Origin: Balanoglossus misakiensis
Taxonomy: Eukaryota > Animalia > Hemichordata
Assembly (NCBI GenBank): GCA_040954595.2
Contig: CM082596.2
Location: 10,126,461-10,190,460, forward strand
DNA: 64,000 bases
Direction: 5' to 3'
Shown: positions 1-14,065 of the stretch, one piece after another
Position numbering within the stretch: position 1 is the stretch's first letter
How the letters are laid out: each line of letters starts with the position of its first letter
Notes under the pieces: generated by a model
The model's database searches: none
What the model saw: only the letters and a program-made list of their open reading frames with translations
Told to the model about the DNA's origin: nothing
Made by a program: the position numbers and the translations under genes

Positions 1-3000
1 CTCCGCATTAGGGCAAATGGCAAAGCAAGCTTAATGATGCAATGGAGTAGACAGTGATGCAAGCTATGCATTTTGACATAGGTATTTAATGCATGTGCAT
101 GGGTATTTAATGTTGAATGTAAATTCCCAGGTTAATACATCTCCAAAAGCACTGTAATTTAAAATTGCTAATGTAAGGGTGACATTGAATCTGATTCTTT
201 GCATTATGGGAAATTGCGTAGCAAGCCTAATGATGCATCTGAGTAGATGGTGATGCAAGCTAAGCATTTTGATATAGGTACTAAATGTATATACATGGGT
301 ATTTAAAGTTGTCTGTAAATCCCCAGGTTAATACTTGGCAAAAAGCAATTTTATTTGACATTGCTAATGAAATGGTGACACTGAATCTGATTCTTTGCAT
401 CAGGGTAAATGGCGATGCAAGCTTGATGATGCATCCCGGTAGATAGTGATGCAAACACTTCACTGTGACATGGGTATTAAATGCATATGGGGATTAAAAG
501 TTGACTGAAAATCCCTGGGTTAATACAAGTCCAAAAGCACTGAAATTTGACATAGCTAATACAATGGTGACATTGAATGTGATTCTTTGCATTAGGGGAA
601 ATGGCGTAGCAAGCCTAATGATGCATCAGTGTAGATGGTGATCCAAGCTATGCTTTTTGACATAGGTATTTAATGCATGTGCATGGGTATTTAATGTTGA
701 CTGTAAATCCCTGGGTTAATACAAATCCAAAAGCACTGTAATTTGACATTGCTAATACAACGGTGTCATTTAATCTGATTCTTTGCATCAGGGCAAATTG
801 CGAAGCAAGCTTAATGATGCATCGGAGTATATGGTGATGCAAGCTATGCACTTTGACATACGTATTTAATGCATATGCATTGGTATTTAATGTTGACTGT
901 AAATCCCCAGGTTAATACGTGGCCAAAAGCACTGTAATTTGACATTGCTAATGCTACCGTGACACTAAATCTGATTCTTTGCATTAGGGTAAATTGTGAA
1001 GCAAGCTTGATGATGCATCAGGATAGATGGTGTTTTAAGCCCCTCACATTGACATTGGAATATAACGCATATGGGGATTTAAAGTTAATTGTAAATACCC
1101 AGGTTAATACATGGCCAAAAGCACTGTAATTTAAAATTGCTAATGCAATGGTGACATTGAATGAGATTCTTTGCATCAGGGCATATTGTGAAGCATGCTT
1201 GATGATGCATTAGGGTCAATAGTGATGGAAACACTGCACTATGACATGGGTATTTAATGCATACGCATTGATATTTACAGTTGACTCTTAATCCTGAGGT
1301 TAATACATGGCTAAAAGCACTGTAATTTAAAATTACTAATGCAAAGGTTACATTGAATATGGGTAAATGGTGAAGCAAGCTTGAAGATGCATCAGGGTAG
1401 ATGGTGTTTCAAGCCCTTCACATTGACATTGGAATATAATGCATATGGGGATTTAAAATTGATTGTAAATCCCTAGGTTAATACGTGGCCAAAAGCAATT
1501 TTATTTGACATTGCTAATGCAACGATGACATTGAATCCGATTCTTTGTATCAGGGTAAATGGCGATGCAAGCTTGATGATGCATCACGGTAGATAGTGAT
1601 GCAAACACTTCACTTTGACATGGGCATTAAATGCATATGGGGATTTCAAGTTGATTACAAATCCCTGGGTTAATACGCGTCCAAAAGCACTGTAATTTGA
1701 CATTGCTAATGCGATGTTGACATTGAATGTAATTCTCCGCATTAGGGCAAATGGCAAAGCAAGCTTAATGATGCAATGGAGTAGACAGTGATGCAAGCTA
1801 TGCATTTTGACATAGGTATTTAATGCATGTGCATGGGTATTTAATGTTGAATGTAAATTCCCAGGTTAATACATCTCCAAAAGCACTGTAATTTAAAATT
1901 GCTAATGTAAGGGTGACATTGAATCTGATTCTTTGCATTATGGGAAATTGCGTAGCAAGCCTAATGATGCATCTGAGTAGATGGTGATGCAAGCTAAGCA
2001 TTTTGATATAGGTACTAAATGTATATACATGGGTATTTAAAGTTGTCTGTAAATCCCCAGGTTAATACTTGGCAAAAAGCAATTTTATTTGACATTGCTA
2101 ATGAAATGGTGACACTGAATCTGATTCTTTGCATCAGGGTAAATGGCGATGCAAGCTTGATGATGCATCCCGGTAGATAGTGATGCAAACACTTCACTGT
2201 GACATGGGTATTAAATGCATATGGGGATTAAAAGTTGACTGAAAATCCCTGGGTTAATACAAGTCCAAAAGCACTGAAATTTGACATAGCTAATACAATG
2301 GTGACATTGAATGTGATTCTTTGCATTAGGGGAAATGGCGTAGCAAGCCTAATGATGCATCAGTGTAGATGGTGATCCAAGCTATGCTTTTTGACATAGG
2401 TATTTAATGCATGTGCATGGGTATTTAATGTTGACTGTAAATCCCTGGGTTAATACAAATCCAAAAGCACTGTAATTTGACATTGCTAATACAACGGTGT
2501 CATTTAATCTGATTCTTTGCATCAGGGCAAATTGCGAAGCAAGCTTAATGATGCATCGGAGTATATGGTGATGCAAGCTATGCACTTTGACATACGTATT
2601 TAATGCATATGCATTGGTATTTAATGTTGACTGTAAATCCCCAGGTTAATACGTGGCCAAAAGCACTGTAATTTGACATTGCTAATGCTACCGTGACACT
2701 AAATCTGATTCTTTGCATTAGGGTAAATTGTGAAGCAAGCTTGATGATGCATCAGGATAGATGGTGTTTTAAGCCCCTCACATTGACATTGGAATATAAC
2801 GCATATGGGGATTTAAAGTTAATTGTAAATACCCAGGTTAATACATGGCCAAAAGCACTGTAATTTAAAATTGCTAATGCAATGGTGACATTGAATTTGA
2901 TTCTTTGCATTAGGGGAACTGGCGTAGCAATCCTAATAGTGCATCAGAGTAGATGGTGATGCAAGCTCTGCACTTTGACATAGGTATTTAATGCATATGC

Positions 3001-6000
3001 ATGTGTATTTAATGTTGACTATAAATCCTCAGGTGAATACATGGCCATAAACACTATAATTTGACATTGCTAATGAAATGGTGACACTGAATCTGATTCT
3101 TTGCATCAGGGCATATTGTGAAGCATGCTTGATGATGCATTAGGGTCAATAGTGATGGAAACACTGCACTATGACATGGGTATTTAATGCATACGCATTG
3201 ATATTTACAGTTGACTCTAAATCCCGAGGTTTATACATGGCTAAAAGCGCTGTAATTTAAAATTACTAATGCAAAGGTTACATTGAATATGGGTAAATGG
3301 TGAAGCAAGCTTGAAGATGCATCAGGGTAGCTGGTGTTTCAAGCCCTTCACATTGACATTGGAATATAATGCATATGGGGATTTAAAGTTGATTGTAAAT
3401 CCCTAGGTTAATACATGGCCAAAAGCAATTTTATTTGACATTGCTAATTGAACGATGACATTGAATCCGATTCTTTGCATCAGGGTAAATGGCGATGCAA
3501 GCTTGATGATGCATCACGGTAGATAGTGATGCAAACACTTTACTTTGACATGGGTATTAAATGCATATGGGGATTTCAAGTTGATTACAAATCCCTGGGT
3601 TAATACGCGTCCAAAAGCACTGTAATTTGACATTGCTAATGCGATGTTGACATTGAATGTAATTCTCCGCATTAGGGCAAATGGCAAAGCAAGCTTAATG
3701 ATGCAATGGAGTAGACCGTGATGCAAGCTATGCATTTTGACATAGGTATTTAATGCATGTGCATGGGTATTAAATGTTGAATGTAAATTCTCAGGTTAAT
3801 ACATCTCCAAAAGCACTGTAATTTAAAATTGCTAATGTAAGGGTGACATTGAATCTGATTCTTTGCATTAGGGGAAATGGCGTAGCAAGCCTAATGATCC
3901 ATCTGAGTAGATGGTGATGCAAGCTAAGCATTTTGACATAGGTACTAAATGTATATACATGGGTATTTAAAGTTGTCTGTAAATCCCCAGGTTAATACAT
4001 GGCCATAAGCATTATAATTTGACATTGCTAATGAAATGGTGACACTGAATCTGATTCTTTGCATCAGGGCATATTGTGAAGCATGCTTGATGATGTATTA
4101 GGGTCAATAGTGATGGAAACACTGCACTATGACATGGGTATTTAATGCATACGCATTGATATTTACAGTTGACTCTAAATCCCGAGGTTAATACATGGCT
4201 AAAAGCGCTGTAATTTAAAATTACTAATGCAAAGGTTACATTGAATATGGGTAAATGGTGACGCAAGCTTGAAGATGCATCAGGGTAGCTGGTGTTTCAA
4301 GCCCTTCACATTGACATTGGAATATAATGCATATGGGGATTTAAAATTGATTGTAAATCCCTAGGTTAATACATGGCCAAAAGCACTGTAATTTAAAATT
4401 GCTAGTGCAATGGTGACATTGAATGTGATTCTTTGCATCAGGGCATATTGTGAAGCATGCTTGATGATGCATTAGGGTCAATAGTGATGGAAACACTGCA
4501 CTATGACATGGGTATTTAATGCATACGCATTGATATTTACAGTTGACTCTTAATCCCGAGGTTAATACATGGCTAAAAGCGCTGTAATTTAAAATTACTA
4601 ATGCAAAGGTTACATTGAATATGGGTAAATGGTGACGCAAGCTTGAAGATGCATCAGGGTAGCTGGTGTTTCAAGCCCTTCACATTGACATTGGAATATA
4701 ATGCATATGGGGATTTAAAATTGATTGTAAATCCCTAGGTTAATACATGGCCAAAAGCACTGTAATTTAAAATTGCTAGTGCAATGGTGACATTGAATGT
4801 GATTCTTTGCATCAGGGCATATTGTGAAGCATGCTTGATGATGCATTAGGGTCAATAGTGATGGAAACACTGCACTATGACATGGGTATTTAATGCATAC
4901 GCATTGATATTTACAGTTGACTCTTAATCCCGAGGTTAATACATGGCTAAAAGCACTGTAATTTAAAATTACTAATGCAAAGGTTACATTGAATATGGGT
5001 AAATGGTGAAGCAAGCTTGAAGATGCATCAGGGTAGATGGTGTTTCAAGCCCTTCACATTGACATTGGAATATAATGCATATGGGGATTTAAAATTGATT
5101 GTAAATCCCTAGGTTAATACGTGGCCAAAAGCAATTTTATTTGACATTGCTAATGCAACGATGACATTGAATCCGATTCTTTGTATCAGGGTAAATGGCG
5201 ATGCAAGCTTGATGATGCATCACGGTAGATAGTGATGCAAACACTTCACTTTGACATGGGCATTAAATGCATATGGGGATTTCAAGTTGATTACAAATCC
5301 CTGGGTTAATACGCGTCCAAAAGCACTGTAATTTGACATTGCTAATGCGATGTTGACATTGAATGTAATTCTCCGCATTAGGGCAAATGGCAAAGCAAGC
5401 TTAATGATGCAATGGAGTAGACGGTGATGCAAGCTATGCATTTTGACATAGGTATTTAATGCATGTGCATGGGTATTTAATGTTGAATGTAAATTCCCAG
5501 GTTAATACATCTCCAAAAGCACTGTAATTTAAAATTGCTAATGTAAGGGTGACATTGAATCTGATTCTTTGCATTATGGGAAATGGCGTAGCAAGCCTAA
5601 TGATGCATCTGAGTAGATGGTGATGCAAGCTAAGCATTTTGATATAGGTACTAAATGTATATACATGGGTATTTAAAGTTGTCTGTAAATCCCCAGGTTA
5701 ATACTTGGCAAAAAGCAATTTTATTTGACATTGCTAATGAAATGGTGACACTGAATCTGATTCTTTGCATCAGGGTAAATGGCGATGCAAGCTTGATGAT
5801 GCATCCCGGTAGATAGTGATGCAAACACTTCACTGTGACATGGGTATTAAATGCATATGGGGATTAAAAGTTGACTGAAAATCCCTGGGTTAATACAAGT
5901 CCAAAAGCACTGAAATTTGACATAGCTAATACAATGGTGACATTGAATGTGATTCTTTGCATTAGGGGAAATGGCGTAGCAAGCCTAATGATGCATCAGT

Positions 6001-9000
6001 GTAGATGGTGATCCAAGCTATGCTTTTTGACATAGGTATTTAATGCATGTGCATGGGTATTTAATGTTGACTGTAAATCCCTGGGTTAATACAAATCCAA
6101 AAGCACTGTAATTTGACATTGCTAATACAACGGTGTCATTTAATCTGATTCTTTGCATCAGGGCAAATTGCGAAGCAAGCTTAATGATGCATCGGAGTAT
6201 ATGGTGATGCAAGCTATGCACTTTGACATACGTATTTAATGCATATGCATTGGTATTTAATGTTGACTGTAAATCCCCAGGTTAATACGTGGCCAAAAGC
6301 ACTGTAATTTGACATTGCTAATGCTACCGTGACACTAAATCTGATTCTTTGCATTAGAGTAAATTGTGAAGCAAGCTTGATGATGCATCAGGATAGATGG
6401 TGTTTTAAGCCCCTCACATTGACATTGGAATATAACGCATATGGGGATTTAAAGTTAATTGTAAATACCCAGGTTAATACATGGCCAAAAGCACTGTAAT
6501 TTAAAATTGCTAATGCAATGGTGACATTGAATGTGATTCTTTGCATTAGGGGAACTGGCGTAGCAATCCTAATAGTGCATCAGAGTAGATGGTGATGCAA
6601 GCTCTGCACTTTGACATAGGTATTTAATGCATATGCATGTGTATTTAATGTTGACTATAAATCCTCAGGTGAATACATGGCCATAAACACTATAATTTGA
6701 CATTGCTAATGAAATGGTGACACTGAATCTGATTCTTTGCATCAGGGCATATTGTGAAGCATGCTTGATGATGCATTAGGGTCAATAGTGATGGAAACAC
6801 TGCACTATGACATGGGTATTTAATGCATACGCATTGATATTTACAGTTGACTCTAAATCCCGAGGTTTATACATGGCTAAAAGCGCTGTAATTTAAAATT
6901 ACTAATGCAAAGGTTACATTGAATATGGGTAAATGGTGAAGCAAGCTTGAAGATGCATCAGGGTAGCTGGTGTTTCAAGCCCTTCACATTGACATTGGAA
7001 TATAATGCATATGGGGATTTAAAATTGATTGTAAATCCCTACATTAATACATGGCCAAAAGCACTGTAATTTAAAATTGCTAATGCAATGGTGACATTGA
7101 ATGTGATTCTTTGCATCAGGGCATATTGTGAAGCATGCTTGATGATGCATTAGGGTCAATAGTGATGGAAACACTGCACTATGACATGGGTATTTAATGC
7201 ATACGCATTGATATTTACAGTTGACTCTTAATCCTGAGGTTAATACATGGCTAAAAGCACTGTAATTTAAAATTACTAATGCAAAGGTTACATTGAATAT
7301 GGGTAAATGGTGAAGCAAGCTTGAAGATGCATCAGGGTAGATGGTGTTTCAAGCCCTTCACATTGACATTGGAATATAATGCATATGGGGATTTAAAATT
7401 GATTGTAAATCCCTAGGTTAATACGTGGCCAAAAGCAATTTTATTTGACATTGCTAATGCAACGATGACATTGAATCCAATTCTTTGTATCAGGGTAAAT
7501 GGCGATGCAAGCTTGATGATGCATCACGGTAGATAGTGATGCAAACACTTCACTTTGACATGGGCATTAAATGCATATGGGGATTTCAAGTTGTTTACAA
7601 ATCCCTGGGTTAATACGCATCCAAAAGTACTGTAATTTGACATTGCTAATGCGATGTTAACATTGAATGTAATTCTCCGCATTAGGGCAAATGGCAAAGC
7701 AAGCTTAATGATGCAATGGAGTAGACGGTGATGCAAGCTATGCATTTTGACATAGGTATTTAATGCATGTGCATGGGTATTTAATGTTGAATGTAAATTC
7801 CCAGGTTAATACATCTCCAAAAGCACTGTAATTTAAAATTGCTAATGTAAGGGTGACATTGAATCTGATTCTTTGCATTATGGGAAATGGCCTAACAAGC
7901 CTAATGATCCATCTGAGTAGATGGTGATGCAAGCTAAGCATTTTGACATAGGTACTAAATGTATATACATGGGTATTTAAAGTTGTCTGTAAATCCCCAG
8001 GTTAATACATGGCCATAAGCTCTATAATTTGACATTGCTAATGAAATGGTGACACTGAATCTGATTCTTTGCATCAGGGCATATTGTGAAGCATGCTTGA
8101 TGATGTATTAGTGTCAACAGTGATGGAAACACTGCACTATGACATGGGTATTTAATGCATATGCATTGATATTTACAGTTGACTCTAAATCCCGAGGTAA
8201 ATACATGGCTAAAAGCGCTGTAATTTAAAATTACTAATGCAAAGGTTACATTAAATATGGGTAAATGGTGAAGCAAGCTTGAAGATGCATCAGGGTAGAT
8301 GGTGTTTCAAGCCCTTCACATTGACTTGGAATATAATGCATATGGGGATTTAAAATTGATTGTAAATCCCTAGGTTAATACGTGGCCAAAAGCAATTTTA
8401 TTTGACATTGCTAATGCAACGATGACATTGAATCCGATTCTTTGCATCAGGGTAAATGGCGATGCAAGCTTGATGATGCATCATGGTAGATAGTGATGCA
8501 AACACTTCACTTTGACATGGGCATTAAATGCATATGGGGATTTCAAGTTGATTACAAATCCCTGGATTAATACGCGTCCAAAAGCACTGTAATTTGACAT
8601 TGCTAATGCGATGTTGACATTGAATGTAATTCTCCGCATTAGGGCAAATGGCAAAGCAAGCTTAATGATGCAATGGAGTAGACGGTGATGCAAGCTATGC
8701 ATTTTGACATAGGTATTTAATGCATGTGCTTGGGTATTTAATGTTGAATGTAAATTCCCAGGTTAATACATCTCCAAAAGCACTGTAATTTAAAATTGCT
8801 AATGTAAGGGTGACATTGAATCTGATTCTTTGCATTATGGGAAATGGCATAGCAAGCCTAATGATCCATCTGAGTAGATGGTGATGCAAGCTAAGCATTT
8901 TGATATAGGTACTAAATGTATATACATGGGTATTTAAAGTTGTCTGTAAATCCCCAGGTTAATTCTTGGCAAAAAGCAATTTTATTTTACATTGCTAATG

Positions 9001-9545
9001 AAATGGTGACACTGAATCTGATTCTTTGCATCAGGGTAAATGGCGATGCAAGCTTGATGATGCATCCCGGTAGATAGTGATGCAAACACTTCACTTTGAC
9101 ATGGGTATTAAATGCATATGGGGATTAAAAGTTGACTGAAAATCCCTGGGTTAATACAAGTCCAAAAGCACTGAAATTTGACATAGCTAATACAATGGTG
9201 ACATTGAATGTGATTCTTTGCATTAGGGGAAATGGCGTAGCAAGCCTAATGATGCATCAGTGTAGATGGTGATCCAAGCTCTGCGCTTTGGCATACGTAT
9301 TTAATGCATGTGCATGGGTATTTAATGTTGAATGTAAATTCCCAGGTTAATATATGCATGGGTATCTAATGTTGACTGTAAATCCCTAGGTTAATACATG
9401 GCCATAAGTACTGTAAGGGGTAGATGGTGATGCAAGCTCTGCACTTTGACATGGGGATTAAATGCATGCTGAGGGGGATTTTAAGTTGTCTGTAAATCCC
9501 CAGGTTGATATGTGGCCAAAAGCACTGTAATTTGACATTGCTAAT
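1..9545. repeat. Satellite I: tandem 192/196/178-bp monomers with higher-order repeats (1734-bp 9-mer and variants)
   Basis: Anchor GTTAATAC at 131, 327, 519, 715, 911, 1103, 1299, 1477, 1669 and 1865 (spacings sum to 1734). Identical spurious ORFs recur at +1734; near-identical ones at +374 and +957. The array runs off the left edge. Confidence 0.97.
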
Positions 9546-9970
9546 GATGGTGAGCTGTACTGCCCAGGGAGTTGAATGGAATGTTTAGGTCCAACGACCT
9601 AGGTCAAATGACCATGGGACAACTTTAAAGCATGTTGAGATTTAATGTGCTACATAAGTTATAAATATTATATTAATATTATTACATAAACAACACTCTT
9701 ACCTAGCTAAGGAAGTGGTCAGGTGAAAAATATTTGCAGAGCTGACCAATTATTTAAGGAATATTAAAGTTGGGTAATTTGGACGTATTCATACGGGTGT
9801 TGGTCAATGGAAAGTCCTTTGTTCATTTTCAAAATGGCAACCAAAAATGCGAACAAAACACACTGAATTATGTACGGGATATTGGTGTTGCCTAATTTGC
9901 GTGTTTCCACATTTACTTAAACTCTCACAGGGAGACAAATGTCACAGCAAACGGAAAAATGACTATGCTA
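9546..9970 (+). repeat. Satellite-flanking block (SINE 3' half plus unique sequence), duplicated at ~13645-14062 and partly at ~12975-13200
   Basis: Shared 'gaatggaat.tttaggtccaac..cctaggtcaaat.accatggga...acataaacaacactctt...ggaagtggtcaggtgaa' at all three sites. Confidence 0.85.
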
Positions 9971-10345
9971 CACACAACACTTTTATTGATCATGGAAAAT
10001 GTTCATGAGAATTGTGTTATGGTACTTTTCGGGGCTCACGACCTGTGTTATAGGAAATCTGACAAGGAATCCAAACTGTACCACATACACAACACTTTAA
10101 TTAAGCATGGGAAATGGTCCTGAGAACAATATTCTCAGAGTTGACAAACTGTGTTATCTGCGTTATATTGATGTTGTCTAATTTACACGCCTGTACATTT
10201 ATTTATACTCTGACTTTGAGCTTAATAAGGCAGCGCCTGCTAAGGTCAATTTGCCACGTACACTTTTAATTAGCATAGATAATGATCATGATAACTTCAT
10301 TTTCAGAGCTGACAAACTGTGTTATGTGAAATTCATGTTGCCTAT
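9720..10345. repeat. Old, degenerate tandem repeat
   Basis: Recurring 'acacttt..atta.catgg.aaatg.tc.tgagaa' (~9978, ~10092, ~10260) and 'gagctgacaaactgtgttat'-like motifs. Confidence 0.5.
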
Positions 10346-11479
10346 TTCATGATAATGGCTTGTGGTACACAATGGTTAACAGCAATCAGCAATTGCTTGT
10401 ATGATAGGTATAATGATCGATTTACAAATTTCAATGGTATAATAATGGGCAACACATGTGGAAGTGTTTAATAAACAGTTAACTGATGTGGTGATGGTTT
10501 GTGGTAAAATTGAGGGTACACAGATTATAATGGGCAAAACAATGAATATAATAGAGGTTGATGATGGTGAATGGTTTCATATGAATGGTGTAATAAAGGT
10601 TAACAAATGTGGTGATAGCTTTGGTGTACAGGGCTGTTCATATCTTTAGTAATGACAAAGGTATAATAGTGATAAAAGCTTAAATAAGTGTTAGGGCACA
10701 ATCTTCATGATGGTTCATTCATTGGTTAATGTGTATATTTTATTAATATCATGCTATTGTTTATCAGTTAGATCATAATCAGGGTTTTTCCATGCACATA
10801 GTCATCATGAATCAGCGGAATTCTTCTGAATAGTACCTGTGATCATTTTTGCGCACCGACGCATTGTACGCGACAGACATGCAGAAAATATTAACATGTA
10901 ACTCACAGGCATAGTGTTAAATCTAAACGACTATATGTTAGATAAGCTTTACCTCCCCACCCCATCAAAATTCCAAATTTAGCTTGATGTGACGTTTTCG
11001 GGTAGTACCAATTCGGAAACTTTCATGGTTCATTCATTGAACCAAATATTGGATTTGACACACTGTGTCTTGGGTGGGTAAAGCATGGTGAAATGTTGGC
11101 AGTAAACTTTAACCAGACAGGTCACATGAAAGGAAGATTTTATCATTTGAGTTCGATGGCATACATGATAAGATATGTCAGTTCTGACACCTTTTTTGCA
11201 GACGTAGATGCTGATGTATTTTTTCCATTGGACACAATACTCAAAGTCCAGTCTGTGTTTAAAATGATACCCTGGTCACACACAGTGAGAAATGTCAGCC
11301 TTTGACTTAATTATCTAATTTATGCATTGTTAACAATGCACTGTGACATTTACTGCATGTATTTTTCCCCCTGTGGAAACTTACTATGCTTTGAATACAT
11401 GTTCCCTAATGGGGTGTTAAAGGATACAGTAGGATCTGTTTCGGTAGCAAATATGACACTGTTTTCAACATATTTGACT

Positions 11480-12003
11480 GGTGGCAATATGTGGTTTTAC
11501 GTTGGTATCCATCATGTAACTCAGATCACCTATATGAAGCTCCATAGTAAATTTCACAGAAGTCGGCTGATCAATTCCAGAAAAGTAGATTTTTTACCAA
11601 AAATGTGGAAAAAGACAAAAAAATGCATAACAAGTAGAAAATTCACACTATTAGCTTAAAACATACAGAAATGTGTGAGGCTAATATAAGGTACTATCAT
11701 ACCATTTTTTCAAATCAATATGACCAGGACTTGTCGAGTTTCTGAGTTTTGACCAAATTAAGGTTTTCCCAGCTAATTTGTATATATTTTTGGCAATGAC
11801 AACTTCGTTTGAACAAACTCCCATCTACAGCCTAGCATGCATCTACACACCAAATATTGAGGTTATTGGCGCAACGGTTTTCAAGTTTTTGATGTGTACG
11901 GACATACATCCATCTATCCGTCCATATGTCCATACATACATACAGACGCAACCAAATCCATAAGGTCCCACTGTATATACCTATACAAATGGGACCAAAT
12001 AAA
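11480..12003 (+). mobile_element. Probable non-autonomous Helentron-type (HINE/DINE-like) element, 3' part
   Basis: (CATA/CATC)n microsatellite at ~11900-11945, then hairpin GGTCCCA-c-TGTATA...TATACA-aa-TGGGACC (11964-11996) and an A-rich end. The left boundary is uncertain. Confidence 0.55.
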
Positions 12004-12772
12004 ACACACAAAAAATAACACTTAACATCTTACAGTGCAGGGCCTTGCTAGTTGATGTGGTACAATTCTATCATATCACTTCACAGCTGGTAGCCAAGGG
12101 CAGTGTTTGCACAGAGGAGCCTCCTGAATGTCTTCGCTCGTTCACACCTCTTCAGTGATAATGTCTGGATTACATTGACATGAAACTGTTTGTTCAGTAG
12201 TGTTTCAACTGCCAGCTACCTGGGTTCATTTTACACCCAAACACTGAAAATATTGCAGCAGTCAATAATATAACCTACACACTGTGTGAAATTCACCATG
12301 TTCTAAAGTAATGTTGATGTCTAATGTGCATTGTGACTTACAGGGCATGCACGGCTAAAGCTTGTCGAAAGTTGACAAAGCAAAAGACCAGACCAGTTGC
12401 CTGTTTTAAAATGTGCTTCATTCCAAGGACCTTGGCGATGAGTCATGAATTGGGAAACGTTCATGAGACCCATTTTTTTTCACTGGACCAGCACATTTAA
12501 TGATATGACCATGAAATTGAACTGTTCCCAGGAGCTACTGAGAGTTGCCTTGTTTCACCCCCAAGTTACTACCTGGGGTTTTTACAATGACGACAGTAGT
12601 TCCAAAAAAAAACGTTGTACTTTTATGAATAATCGATTAGGGTAGATTTATTCATGGTAGTAAAACTGTTTGGCCTGCAGTTGCCAAACAAAGACAATTA
12701 CAAGTAAGGGACTGGACGTAAACTACCAGGGGGAGCGCAGGGGAATTGACGAAAGCGATGGCCTCAAATTAA

Positions 12773-13130
12773 TGTCATAGTCCAGTGGTTAGAGCATCAG
12801 ACCCATAATCAAAGAATCAAGAGTTTGATCCCTGGCATGGTTGTGGTGTTGTGTCCTCTGGCAAGGCAATTTACATCTCCTTGCCTCTCCCTGCCTATAA
12901 GAAAAGGGTAATTTGGTGGATCGGATATTGTAATGTGTATGTATAGGTCTGCTTTGCTGATATAAAAGCTGCACATGTGAGCTGTTGTTTGCTCCCCATG
13001 GAGTGGAATGGAATATTTTAGGTCCAACGACCTAGGTCAAATTACCATGGGAAACACTTCAAAGCAGCACATTGAGATTTATTGCATAATGTGCTATATA
13101 AGTAATAAATATTATATTGATATTATTACA
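12773..13130 (+). mobile_element. tRNA-derived SINE (CORE-like body, L2-like 3' tail)
   Basis: A-box TAGTCCAGTGG (12778), tRNA-Met/Lys-like 'agagcatcagacccataatc', degenerate B-box GAGTTTGATCCC (12821), CORE-like 'gtgtcctctggcaaggcaattta', tail 'aatgtgctatataag' followed by AT-rich repeats. Confidence 0.75.
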
Positions 13131-13201
13131 TAAACAACACTCTTACTTAGCAAAGGAAGTGGTCAGGTGAACTATATTCGCAGAGCTGACCAATTGTTTA
13201 A

Positions 13202-13544
13202 AGGGGCAAAGTCTCTCATCGCTGCCTTTTTTCAATTAATTATGTATGATACAAGACGCCATTGATGTTATTCTACATGTGGATATATGGTGAATCAACA
13301 TTCGACCACACACAACTTCCGTCTCGTTTGTACGATATGAGAGTAAAAACTCGCCCAAAATGAATAAATGGTAAAGAACGATTATTCATTTTGGCGAGTT
13401 TTTCACTCTCCTGTCTATAAGAGGGATGGAAGTTGTGTGTGGTTGAACGTTCATTCGCTATATATCCACATGTAGAATAACAAACGGTGTCTCTTATCAA
13501 ATATAATATGGGAAAAAGGGCAGCGAGAGAGAGACTTTGTCCCT
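13202..13544. mobile_element. Kolobok-like MITE family K1, copy 1
   Basis: TIR AGGG(G/A)CAAAGTCTCTC...GAGAGACTTTGTCCCT with internal palindromy. TTAA on the left only; same family as 39572-39919. Confidence 0.85.
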
Positions 13545-13645
13545 CACATGGGGATTAAATGCACATGCGTGTGTATTTAAAGTTAACTGTAAATCCCCAG
13601 GTTAATACGTGGCCAAAAGCACTGTAATTTGGCATTTCTAATGAT
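13545..13645. repeat. Orphan partial monomer of satellite I
   Basis: 'acatggggattaaatgc...gtaaatccccaggttaatacgtggccaaaagcactgtaattt' matches the terminal monomer at ~9450-9545. Confidence 0.9.
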
Positions 13646-14065
13646 GGTGAGATGTTGTTTGCTCCCCAGGGAGTTGAATGGAATATTTAGGTCCAACATC
13701 CTAGGTCAAATGACCATGGGACAACTTAAAGCACGTTGAGATTTAATGTGCTACATAAGTTATAAATATTATAAAAATATTATTACATAAACAACACTCT
13801 TCCTTAGCAAAGGAAGTGGTCAGGTGAAATATATTCGCAGAGCTGACCAATTCTTTAAGGAAAATTAAAGTTGGGTAATTTGGATGTATTCATACGAGTG
13901 TTGGTCAATGATAGGAAAGTCCTTTGTTCATTTTCAAAATGAAAACCAAAACACACTGAATTACGTATGGGATATTGATGTTGCCTAATTTGCGTGACTC
14001 TACATTTACTTAAACTCTCACAGGGAGACAAATGTCACAGCAAACGGAAAAATGATTATGCTAAG

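Noticed and set aside
64-8898. Many repeated 60-99 aa ORFs in satellite I
   Set aside because: They are translations of satellite monomers, with no domain and frames that break between monomers.
12705-12750. Possible Harbinger-like left end (taa|gggactggacgtaaactacc)
   Set aside because: No partner TIR or TSD found, and it is too short to support.
12773-12845. Functional tRNA gene
   Set aside because: Stems are degenerate and it continues into a SINE body and tail.
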